Assembly: GCA_963834385.1 (NCBI GenBank)
Contig: CAWIBO010000003.1
Span: 128,001 to 192,000, forward strand
DNA from: an uncultured Verrucomicrobiae bacterium
Lineage (GTDB): Bacteria; Verrucomicrobiota; Verrucomicrobiia; Chthoniobacterales; UBA10450
Reading direction: 5' to 3'
Length of the DNA stretch: 64,000 bases
Under the pieces are notes generated by a model. It saw nothing but the letters and a program-made list of their open reading frames with translations, ran no database searches and had not been told where the DNA came from. Both the position numbers and the translations under genes were made by a program. Positions 39,661-47,534 of the stretch are shown here, piece after piece; position 1 is the first letter of the stretch, and every line of letters begins with the position of its first letter.

Positions 39661-40086
39661 ATGAAACGTAAAGCATCGGCAGAATGGAAAGGGGATCTCA
39701 AGACCGGCCAGGGGACGATCTCCACGGAAAGCACCGTCCTGAGCAGCACGCACTATTCGTTCAGCAAACGATTCGAGGAGGAAAAGGGGACCAACCCGGA
39801 AGAGTTGATCGCGGCGGCGCATGCCGGCTGTTTTTCCATGGCCCTTTCGGGGCAACTGGGCGCGGCCAATCTGAAGGCGGAAAGCATTCGCACGACCGCC
39901 TCGGTTTCGCTGGAGAAGGGGGACGGCGGCTTTGCCATCACCGCGATTCACCTGGAAGTCGCGGCGCGGGTGCCCGGGGCGGACGAGGCGGCCTTCGCGA
40001 AGGCGGCCCAGGCGGCGAAAGAGGGGTGTCCGGTCTCCAAAGTGTTGAACGCCAAGATCAGCATGGAAGCGAAGCTGGAAGGCTGA
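39661..40086 (+). CDS. osmC: OsmC peroxiredoxin
   Basis: RKASAEWKGDLKTGQG, GTNPEELIAAAHAGCFSM and CPVSK. Confidence 0.93.
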   Translation: MKRKASAEWKGDLKTGQGTISTESTVLSSTHYSFSKRFEEEKGTNPEELIAAAHAGCFSMALSGQLGAANLKAESIRTTASVSLEKGDGGFAITAIHLEVAARVPGADEAAFAKAAQAAKEGCPVSKVLNAKISMEAKLEG

Positions 40087-40134
40087 AGACCGGCCGGGGC
40101 GGAGGGGGCGCGGCGGATCCCTCTGTACGCAGAA

Positions 40135-40167
40135 GACCGCGTTGCGGGTTCGAGCCGCAACGCGGTC
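40135..40167. terminator. Strong hairpin between convergent osmC and peptide A (probable bidirectional terminator)
   Basis: 13-bp perfect stem GACCGCGTTGCGG/CCGCAACGCGGTC. Confidence 0.6.
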
Positions 40168-40185
40168 AACGCTAAGGGAGACTGG

Positions 40186-40344
40186 CTACCAGAGGTTCTT
40201 GTTTTTTCCCCCGCCGCCTTTTCCGCCCCCGCCTCCCCCGCCACCGGAGGAGCTGTTGTTCTTGTTCTTATTTCCACCCTTCTTGCCGCCACCTTTGGCG
40301 TCTTTGCTGGGTTTCAGGTCGCGAACTTTAGGTTTAGTTGGCAT
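40186..40344 (-). CDS. Double-glycine leader precursor peptide A (52 aa; absent from ORF track)
   Basis: Manual translation MPTKPKVRDLKPSKDAKGG-GKKGGNKNKNNSSSGGGGGGGGKGGGGKNKNLW*; A-rich leader; paralogous to peptide B. Confidence 0.8.
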   Translation of the reverse strand: MPTKPKVRDLKPSKDAKGGGKKGGNKNKNNSSSGGGGGGGGKGGGGKNKNLW

Positions 40345-40416
40345 TTACTTGTTTTTTTTGTTTTTGGGTTCGTCGCGTTGGGGATTGGACCCTCTGCGAT
40401 GAAGGTTGGTCGGTCT

Positions 40417-40618
40417 TTAGTTGTTCTTGTTACCGAAGCCGCCGCCTTTTCCGCCGCCGCCGCCGCTCGCTGCCGCCGCCGACGTTATTTCCTTTGCTTC
40501 CCCCGCCGCCGAGGTTGTTGCTCTTGGATTTACCGCCGCCGCCGCCGCCTTTGGCGTCTTTCTGGGGCTCCAGGTCGCGGATTGTTGGTTCGGGTTTCGG
40601 GTCGTTTTGTTTGTCCAT
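40417..40618 (-). CDS. Double-glycine leader precursor peptide B (probable 1-nt indel near 40468)
   Basis: MDKQNDPKPEPTIRDLEPQKDAKGG-GGGGKSKSNNLGGGGSKGNNVGGGS, then ERRRRRKRRRLR* as read or SGGGGGKGGGFGNKNN* in the shifted frame. Confidence 0.78.
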
Positions 40619-40624
40619 GGTGTG

Positions 40625-40807
40625 TTACTGGTTGTGTTGGTTTGTTGGTTTGTTATCTGAAGAGGCCCCGAAGATCTGCCTTCCGCCGCTGACATCCCCT
40701 TTTGGGAGAAGATCATCGAGCCGGATCAGCTTTTCTTTTCTGCGCTTGGGCTTCCGGGCTTCTGGCCCTTCTGCCGGCGCATTTTCTGTATCCTTCGAGT
40801 CGCTCAC
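40625..40807 (-). CDS. Double-glycine leader peptide C (non-Gly-rich core)
   Basis: ...KLIRLDDLLPKGDVSGG-RQIFGASSDNKPTNQHNQ*; GTG 40807 preferred over ATG 40846 because the sigma54 site lies between them. Confidence 0.65.
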   Translation of the reverse strand: MSDSKDTENAPAEGPEARKPKRRKEKLIRLDDLLPKGDVSGGRQIFGASSDNKPTNQHNQ

Positions 40808-40822
40808 GTTGCCCAATACATT

Positions 40823-40838
40823 ATCAGTATCCGTGCCA
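40823..40838 (-). promoter_or_regulatory. sigma54 -24/-12 promoter for the peptide genes
   Basis: TGGCACGGATACTGAT = TGGCACG-N4-CTGAT (GG-N10-GA variant of GG-N10-GC). Confidence 0.6.
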
Positions 40839-40887
40839 GACCCCATTTTCCGTCCTTAACGAACCTCGACAATAATGTATAAGACAC

Positions 40888-40906
40888 TGTAAACGAGAAG
40901 GTTACA
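40888..40906. promoter_or_regulatory. Candidate upstream activator sequence
   Basis: TGTAA-N9-TTACA palindrome about 75-95 nt upstream of the predicted sigma54 TSS, in an AT-rich spacer. Confidence 0.45.
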
Positions 40907-40988
40907 AAGAGGCAAATGAGCGAAAATAGGTTGAAAGCGGTCTCGGCGAAACCCTTAAAAAGGCACTAAAACGATACATCCACTGGCC

Positions 40989-42029
40989 TTATTCTGACCC
41001 TTCGGTGGTCGAGTTCTGGGCCATTGCTCGCAAATGGCGGGCAAGGGTGGCACGCGAGATTCCCAGCATCCGGGCGGTCCGCCGTTGGTTGCCGTTCATG
41101 TGACTGTAGACCGCCCGGATATGGCGCTGCACCGCGCTGCTCAGGGACAGGTCGTGATTCTCCTCCGTGGGGCCAGGCGCAAGACCCGAAGCGGCTGCGG
41201 CCGGCGGATCTCCCGGGCCGGGGTTTGTCACGGCCGCGTGGGAAACGGCCAGGTCAGGCGGGAAAACGACGTGGTGGGGCATGATGACCGAGCCCTCGCA
41301 AAACAGAGTCATGGTGCGAACGGTGTGGCTGAGTTCGCGCAGGTTTCCCCGCCAGTCGTGCGCGAGCAGCTTGGCCATGGCCGTGGGGTGAATGGCGGTG
41401 ATTTCCTTGCCTTCGCTCGCCGCGGAATGTTTCAGCTCGCCGGCGATCAACGGGGGCAGCTCTTCCAGGCGTTCACGCAAGGGCGGGATGAGGAGGGTCA
41501 GGCCGTTCAGGCGATGGTAGAGATCCTCCCGAAACTTTCCCTGGCGAACGCGTTCCCGCAGCGAGCAGTTGGTGGCGCAGATGATGCGAACGTCGGAGGT
41601 CAGCATCCGTTCCGACCCAAGCCGCTCGAATTCCCCGTATTCGAGTGCCCGCAGGACCTTGACCTGGGCGAGCGCGCTCATGTCCGCGATTTCGTCGAGG
41701 AAGAGGGTGCCGCCGTCCGCCAGCTCGAACTTTCCCTTCACCGTCTGCTGCGCTCCGGTGAAGGCGCCCCGTTCATGACCAAAGAGCTGGGATTCGAGGA
41801 GAGAATCGGTCATGGCCGAGGCGTTAAAGGCGATGAACGGCTGTTTGGCCCGGGTGGAGGAGTTGTGAATGGCGTGGGCCAGGAGCGTCTTGCCGGTCCC
41901 GGTCTCCCCGAGGAGGACGACGGGAACGTCGGAGCGGGCGGCGAGGGCGGCGAGGCGCAGGCAGCGGGCCATGGCCTCATTCGTCGTGGCCAAATCCTCC
42001 ACGCGCAGGTCGGAGAGCGTCCGCTGCAT
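40989..42029 (-). CDS. sigma54-dependent enhancer-binding protein lacking an N-terminal regulatory domain
   Basis: GETGTGKT, ESQLFGHERGAFTGA, LFLDEI, FREDLYHRL, WRGNLREL and Fis-type HTH GNQRRTARMLGISRATL. Confidence 0.92.
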   Translation of the reverse strand: MQRTLSDLRVEDLATTNEAMARCLRLAALAARSDVPVVLLGETGTGKTLLAHAIHNSSTRAKQPFIAFNASAMTDSLLESQLFGHERGAFTGAQQTVKGKFELADGGTLFLDEIADMSALAQVKVLRALEYGEFERLGSERMLTSDVRIICATNCSLRERVRQGKFREDLYHRLNGLTLLIPPLRERLEELPPLIAGELKHSAASEGKEITAIHPTAMAKLLAHDWRGNLRELSHTVRTMTLFCEGSVIMPHHVVFPPDLAVSHAAVTNPGPGDPPAAAASGLAPGPTEENHDLSLSSAVQRHIRAVYSHMNGNQRRTARMLGISRATLARHLRAMAQNSTTEGSE

Positions 42030-42036
42030 CAGCCGG

Positions 42037-43207
42037 CTAGTTTACCGCGAGGTTTTCCTTGAGTTCCTTGATCGGCTCGAAGAACGACTCGATCAGGGTT
42101 CTCTTGCCGGTAACGATGCGGGCTTCGCCGCGCATCCCGACGCGCAGGGCGAGCTTGGGCGGCCTTTTTTCCCAGTCCTGGATGGTGGCGACCCCGACGA
42201 AGCGGGGTCCTTCCTGCGAGTTGACGGCGGAGGGGCTGATCCAGTCGAGACGGGCGTTGACGGCGCCATAGCGCTGGTAGGGGAAGGCGTCGAAAAAGAG
42301 CTTGGTGCTGAGCCCGGCGGTGAGCTTGGAAAGCCCGGCCTCGGAGAGGAGGAGCCGGGCTTGCGGGGTGGCCTCGACCCGGGCGAGCTGGCAGAGTTCC
42401 TGGCCATTCTGGACCACGTTGCCGACGCTGCGCTGGGAAACGGAAATAACCACGGCATCGTAGGGGGCCTGCACGGTCAGGAGGCTGAGCTGGCTGTTCT
42501 CGAGGTCGCCCTGCAGGGCGGCGAGTTTGACCCGGAGTTTCCCGATCTCCGAGACGGCATCGCCGCGCTGGCGGGCATGATCGGTCTCCATTTTTTGCCG
42601 GTCCAGGATCACCTGCTGCAGGGTTCTCTGCGCCACGCTCTGGTCCTTCTCGGACTCAGCGAGGTCGAGGCCGAGCTGGAGCAGTTCCACCTGGGAAATG
42701 CCGCCGGTCTTGGAGAGTTTCTCCATGCGCTCGACGAGTTCGCGGCTGGTGGAGGCGTGTTTCTCGCGAAATTCGACCTCGCTTTTGGCCTGCTCGATCT
42801 CGGCCTCCTTGATCTTTCTGCTGGGCGGCGAAAGCGGCATCCGCGCGTTCCAGGTTTTCCTCCTGCGCTTTGAGATCGGCCTCGGTGGTCCTGAGATCGG
42901 TGTTCCAGCTCCTGATTTCGTCCGAGCGCAGAACAAACAATTCCTCTCCCTTCTTCACCGTCTGGCCCTCGCGCGCGGCGACCTTGGTGACGACGGCCTG
43001 GCGGGGCGACTGGATCGGATCGGCGCCATCCTGCGGGACGAGGACAAACGGGCAATCCACCGTCTCCGGCAGGCGCACGATGATGGTGGCGAGGACGGCG
43101 ACAATGAACATGGCGATGAGGAGGCGGGAAGCCGCCCGGATGATCCAGGGGGGTGGATCCTGCGGGAGCATTTCCGACTCGGACTCGAAGGAATTGGAGG
43201 ACGCCAT
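42037..43207 (-). CDS. HlyD-family membrane-fusion adaptor (frameshift near 42815)
   Basis: N-terminal TM, lipoyl-like REGQTVKKGEELF, coiled coil, FDAFPYQRYG and LRVGMRGEARIVTGKRTLIE. Confidence 0.88.
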
Positions 43208-43216
43208 GGGATATGC

Positions 43217-46200
43217 CTAGTGGAAACCGGACTGCTGGCTGGAGAGATAAAAGTAGAGACCGCGCTGTTCCATGAGCTGGTCGTGATTGCCGGCCTCGGC
43301 GATGCGGCCTTTTTCCAGGACCACGATGGTATCCGCATCGCGGATGGTGCTGAGGCGGTGGGCGATGGCGAGGGTGGTGCGGCCGGCCATGAGGCGCCCG
43401 AGGTTGTTCTGGATGGCGCGCTCCGACTCGGTATCCAGGGCGCTGGTGGCCTCGTCGAAAATGAGAATCGGCGGGTTGTTATAGATGGCGCGGGCGATGG
43501 CGATGCGCTGTTTCTGCCCGCCGGAAAGGGAAAGCCCCGATTCGCCGATCTTGGTTTCGTAGCCCATGGGGAGGCGCATGATGAAATCGTGGGCGGCGGC
43601 GGCGGAAGCGGCCGCGAGGACCCGGTCGAGATCCGGCTCCGCATCCCCGAAGGCGATGTTGCGGGCGATCGTCTCGTTAAACATGTGGTTCTCCTGGAGA
43701 ACCATGCCGACGTGCCGCCGGACGTCGCGGTAATTCAGGCTCTTCAGGTCGACGTTATCGAAAAGAATGGTCCCCTCGGTCGGCTCGAGCAGTCCGGCGA
43801 TGAGCTTGATCAGGGTGGTCTTGCCGCAGCCGCTGCGCCCGACGAAGGCGATCATCTTGCCGGGGGCGATGTCGAGATTGAGGTCGCTCAGGATGTTGGG
43901 CGCCTCGGGTCCGCCGTAGCGGAAGCTGACGTTGCGCAGCTCGATCCGGCCTTCAAGGCTGTGCACCGGGGTGAGGCGGGAACGGTCGCGACCCTGCTCC
44001 GGTTCCTGCTCGAAGATGTCGTTCAGGCGATTGAGAAGAACGGAGGAGAACTGGAGATTGTCCCAGACGCCGAGGGTGCGCAGGATGCCGCCGTAAGCCA
44101 TGGCGGTGAGGGAACTGAAAGCGACGAAGCCGCCGACGCTGATGGCGCCGGACATCACCTGGTTGGCCCCGACCCAGAGGAAGACAGCGGTGGAAACAAG
44201 CCCGATCGTGGTCAGGACACTGTCGTAGGACATGACGATAAAGCTGCTCCGGAAGATCTTTTTCGAGACGGCGAGGAACTCGTTCAGCATCAGGTCGCGA
44301 AAGACGCCCTCGGCCGCGGCGGCTTTGACCGCCTCGATGCCCTTGATGGCGTCGATCTGGTGCGAGCTGTATTTGCCCTGGCTTTCCTCGACATCGGCAA
44401 AGAGCGGCCGCAGGATTTTGACGGAAAAATACATCAGCCCGACGTAGAAGGGGGTGGTCGCGAGGAAGGCGAACATGAGGAATGGGCTGTAGACCATCAT
44501 CAGCCCCAGGGAACCGACCAACTGGATCAGGGCCAGGAGGGCGCCGATGCCCTCGCCCACGGCGAACTGGCGGACTTCGCGGGCCCCGTCGAGACGCCGC
44601 TGGATGTCGCCGGTGCGCCGGCTCGTGAAATACGTCATGGGCAGGGAGAGGAGCTGCCGGCTGAGGAAATCGAGAATGGCGGTATCGAGACGAACCGCGG
44701 TGAAGGAGAGAAGGTATTCCTGCGCGAGCGAGGCACCCTGGACGAAGATGATCGCGAGGGCCATGCCGAGGAGAATGGTGGAAAGAAGGTCGATATCCTT
44801 TTCCACGATGACCTTGTCGACCACCATCTGGGTGAAGATGGGAAAGAGGAGCTGGAGGACGCTGATGGCGACGGAAAGGATCAGGACCTGGATGAGGATG
44901 TGCTTGAACTTCGCGATGAAGGGAAGAACCCAGTTGATGGAAGGTTTGCTCTCCGGCGCCTGTTCAAAGGCGGGCGTGTAATCAAAAAGCGCGGCGTACC
45001 CCGACCAGTTCTCCTCGAACTCCTTGCGCGGGATCTTGCGCAGGCCAAGCGCCGGGTCGGCCACGCGGACAAAAGTGTCCTGCACGTCGTAAAGGACCAT
45101 CCAGTGGTTGCCTTCCCAGTGCACGATGGCCGGGAGCGGCATGAGCGAGAGATTGCGGATGGAAACCTTGAGGGCCCGGGCGGCGAGGCCCAGTTCGTTC
45201 GCAGCCCGGCAAAGCGCCTTCAGGCTGGTCCCGTCCGTGGCGGTGTGACAAAGCTGCCGGATCCGGGCGAGGCTGACCTTGCGTCCGAAATGGCGGCAAA
45301 TCATCCCGAGACTGGCGGCGCCGCAATCCATCTCGTCGATCTGCTGGATATGCTCAAAACGCTTGATCCGGCCGGTGCGTTTCTTGAAGAAACCCTCCTC
45401 GTCGGCAAAAGGATGCTTCGGATCCTCCACCGGCGGGGGCCGTTCGGCCGCGCCATCCAGGGCCGTCTTGTCGTGCGTCCGCGTTTCCGCCGGCAGGAGC
45501 TCGGTCGAAAAATCGAGCGGGACCCGCGCCTCCGTTTCGAGCTGGTACTGGGCCAGCCGTTCCTCGAGGAGCTTTTCAAACTCGGGGAAGTGCCGCTTCA
45601 GGTCCTGCACTGCCTCGGGCTCGAGGGCCAGCAGCCGGCAATCGGAGAATGCTTCCACGGAAGCGGCGCGGGAGGACCCGTTCAGGATCGAGAGTTCGCC
45701 GAAGAAATCGCCGTCGCGGTAAAAGGCGAGATTCTTCTGGGAACCATTGTTCTGGGCAAAGGCCCGGGCGCGCCCTTTCTCGAGGATATACATGGGGCCG
45801 GCCGGCGCTCCCTCCTCGATGATGAGGTTGCCCTTTTCGACCTGCACCGGCTCGAGCTTGGCGATGAGGCTGCGGAGCGCGCTCGCGGGCAGGCGCCCAA
45901 AATTGCTGAACTCGTAGAGGAAACCCTGCAAGGCGCGATGGCGGGCCGTCAGCTCAATATGCTGCTTCAGGTCGGGGATTCTCTCGGCCAGTTCAAAAAA
46001 GTCGGTCCGGGCCAGGCGAAGCGCCTCCACCCCGGTGCTGCAGCGAACGGTGGCGGCCCGGGTGCCGCCATCGGAAAGGGCGGCTTCGCCGAAAATATCG
46101 CCCGGACGCAGGGTGCCGAGCGCGATCTCCTCTCCATTGGGCTGCATCTTGATCGCGCGCGCCCGGCCGGAAATGATGACGTAGACGGCGTCGGCGGGAT

Positions 46201-46336
46201 CGCCCTGGCGGACAATGATCTCGCCGAAATCGAACTGTTCCTCGCGGAGGAGGGGACGAAGCTTGTCGAAATGTTCCTCCGGGAGGAGCCGGAAGAGGGA
46301 GGACCGCCTGAGTAAATCTTCGTCGCGCGTCTTCAT
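43217..46336 (-). CDS. Peptidase-containing ABC transporter (2x cNMP-binding, C39 peptidase, TMD, NBD)
   Basis: FGEAAL..RAATV and FGELSIL..RAASV; QIDEMDCGAA, HWEGNHW..VADP; GRSGCGKTT, LSGGQKQR, FDEATSALD, IAHRLS; ATGA overlap with upstream gene. Confidence 0.93.
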   Translation of the reverse strand: MKTRDEDLLRRSSLFRLLPEEHFDKLRPLLREEQFDFGEIIVRQGDPADAVYVIISGRARAIKMQPNGEEIALGTLRPGDIFGEAALSDGGTRAATVRCSTGVEALRLARTDFFELAERIPDLKQHIELTARHRALQGFLYEFSNFGRLPASALRSLIAKLEPVQVEKGNLIIEEGAPAGPMYILEKGRARAFAQNNGSQKNLAFYRDGDFFGELSILNGSSRAASVEAFSDCRLLALEPEAVQDLKRHFPEFEKLLEERLAQYQLETEARVPLDFSTELLPAETRTHDKTALDGAAERPPPVEDPKHPFADEEGFFKKRTGRIKRFEHIQQIDEMDCGAASLGMICRHFGRKVSLARIRQLCHTATDGTSLKALCRAANELGLAARALKVSIRNLSLMPLPAIVHWEGNHWMVLYDVQDTFVRVADPALGLRKIPRKEFEENWSGYAALFDYTPAFEQAPESKPSINWVLPFIAKFKHILIQVLILSVAISVLQLLFPIFTQMVVDKVIVEKDIDLLSTILLGMALAIIFVQGASLAQEYLLSFTAVRLDTAILDFLSRQLLSLPMTYFTSRRTGDIQRRLDGAREVRQFAVGEGIGALLALIQLVGSLGLMMVYSPFLMFAFLATTPFYVGLMYFSVKILRPLFADVEESQGKYSSHQIDAIKGIEAVKAAAAEGVFRDLMLNEFLAVSKKIFRSSFIVMSYDSVLTTIGLVSTAVFLWVGANQVMSGAISVGGFVAFSSLTAMAYGGILRTLGVWDNLQFSSVLLNRLNDIFEQEPEQGRDRSRLTPVHSLEGRIELRNVSFRYGGPEAPNILSDLNLDIAPGKMIAFVGRSGCGKTTLIKLIAGLLEPTEGTILFDNVDLKSLNYRDVRRHVGMVLQENHMFNETIARNIAFGDAEPDLDRVLAAASAAAAHDFIMRLPMGYETKIGESGLSLSGGQKQRIAIARAIYNNPPILIFDEATSALDTESERAIQNNLGRLMAGRTTLAIAHRLSTIRDADTIVVLEKGRIAEAGNHDQLMEQRGLYFYLSSQQSGFH

Positions 46337-47415
46337 TCTTCGATCATCTGGTAAAAGAGGCGCCACTGGATGTGGACGCCGCAAAGCTCGTCGAAGTGGC
46401 GCTGCAGGATGGCCTGCTGCACCCGGCCGCTGACCATCTCGTCCTCCAGGCTGGGTTCGATCTTGCTGGTGACCCGTCCGATCTCAAAAACGTCTCCCTG
46501 CTCGATCGGCCCGAGGACCGCACCGGGCGAAACGCTGAGATATTTTTGTTGCCAGTCCTCGTTCACGTTTTCGAGCACCACCTGCGACTGGCGATAGGGA
46601 TACCCTCCTTCGTCCGCCACTTCCTTCATGGTCATGCCGTCTTCGCGTACGCAAAGCAAGGCTTCATTCGCCGCATCAAGTGAATCAAACTGGATCACCT
46701 CGAGCTCGAAACGGGTCAGGGGCAGACGGAGGGAGGATAGTTCCTCGGCCCGCGCCTGCGGGTTCACGAGAGAGCCACTGCGGGCGCGGTAGGCGGCTTC
46801 CGCCTCCAGGGCGTGGTCCAGCCAGGCCTTTTCGCGATCGATCTGTCCCAGCCAGGCCTCGACCTCCTCCTCCCGGAGCCCGTGGCGCTCGAGAAATTCC
46901 TCCCGGGCCCGGGCAACCGCCGCCGGGTCCACCTCTTCTTCAGCCCGTCGCACGGCCACCCGCCAGCCCAGCTGCGTGGCGATCCGTTCGAGCTCGTCGG
47001 AGAAAAGAAGGTGGGCGGCAAAAAGTTCCTTCAGCTCTTTCCCGGCCCCGGGGTAGGCCTGGTCGGGGAGGTCGATTCTGACTGTCCGCGCCCAGTAACG
47101 GCGGCTGAAGAAGTCGCCGAAATCATTCATGTCGAGCCCGCGGGCGGAGAGCCATTTCTCCGTCTCCTCCGCCGTGATCAGGTCGTGCTGATAACGAAAG
47201 GCGTCCGCGGCTTCGTCGAGGGCGTCCCCCTCGATCTCCAGGTCATCCTGGTGGGCCTTTTTTTCCGCCTCCACTCCCCGCAGGAAGTCCGCCCAAATCG
47301 GGCCCAACTCTCCGCGGAAAAGGGCGCCATCAATCACATCGCGCAAGGTGTAAGTCTGGTTACCCGACTCAAATACCGTTACATCCTGCCGTGCCTTTTC
47401 CTCTGTCGCGGTCAT
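46333..47415 (-). CDS. Degenerate SurA/parvulin (PpiC)-like cytoplasmic chaperone
   Basis: AADAFRYQHDLITAEETEKWL helical N-domain; C-terminal SPGAVLGPIEQGDVFEIGRV..EPSLED parvulin-like pattern; no signal peptide. Confidence 0.6.
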   Translation of the reverse strand: MTATEEKARQDVTVFESGNQTYTLRDVIDGALFRGELGPIWADFLRGVEAEKKAHQDDLEIEGDALDEAADAFRYQHDLITAEETEKWLSARGLDMNDFGDFFSRRYWARTVRIDLPDQAYPGAGKELKELFAAHLLFSDELERIATQLGWRVAVRRAEEEVDPAAVARAREEFLERHGLREEEVEAWLGQIDREKAWLDHALEAEAAYRARSGSLVNPQARAEELSSLRLPLTRFELEVIQFDSLDAANEALLCVREDGMTMKEVADEGGYPYRQSQVVLENVNEDWQQKYLSVSPGAVLGPIEQGDVFEIGRVTSKIEPSLEDEMVSGRVQQAILQRHFDELCGVHIQWRLFYQMIEE

Positions 47416-47534
47416 GAACCGCTTGTTTTATGATAATTGGTCGGAAGAAGTCCAGAGAACCTTGCCGGTCGCCCGACGATCGTGGCTGCAGGCGCGCGCA
47501 GCGCCGATCGACTCTTCGGCAGGAAGCAGGATGA

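Noticed and set aside
40186..40618. Microcin B17-like or other known RiPP class
   Set aside because: Cores are Gly-rich but have no Cys, and no YcaO/dehydrogenase, LanM, radical SAM or ATP-grasp gene is in the window
40142..40859. Plus-strand poly-Pro ORFs (40142-40402, 40338-40859)
   Set aside because: Antisense of the poly-Gly peptides; the minus strand has the conserved leader, A-rich initiation regions and the promoter
42037..43207. HlyD as a pseudogene or programmed frameshift
   Set aside because: Single extra base in a short homopolymer, no other decay, and the same error pattern occurs in essential rpoC
42698..46315. 1205-aa plus-strand ORF and other long antisense ORFs (for example 33120-35033, 48170-49942, 30635-32443)
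   Set aside because: They mirror well-supported genes on the opposite strand and have no motifs; expected shadow ORFs of high-GC codon usage
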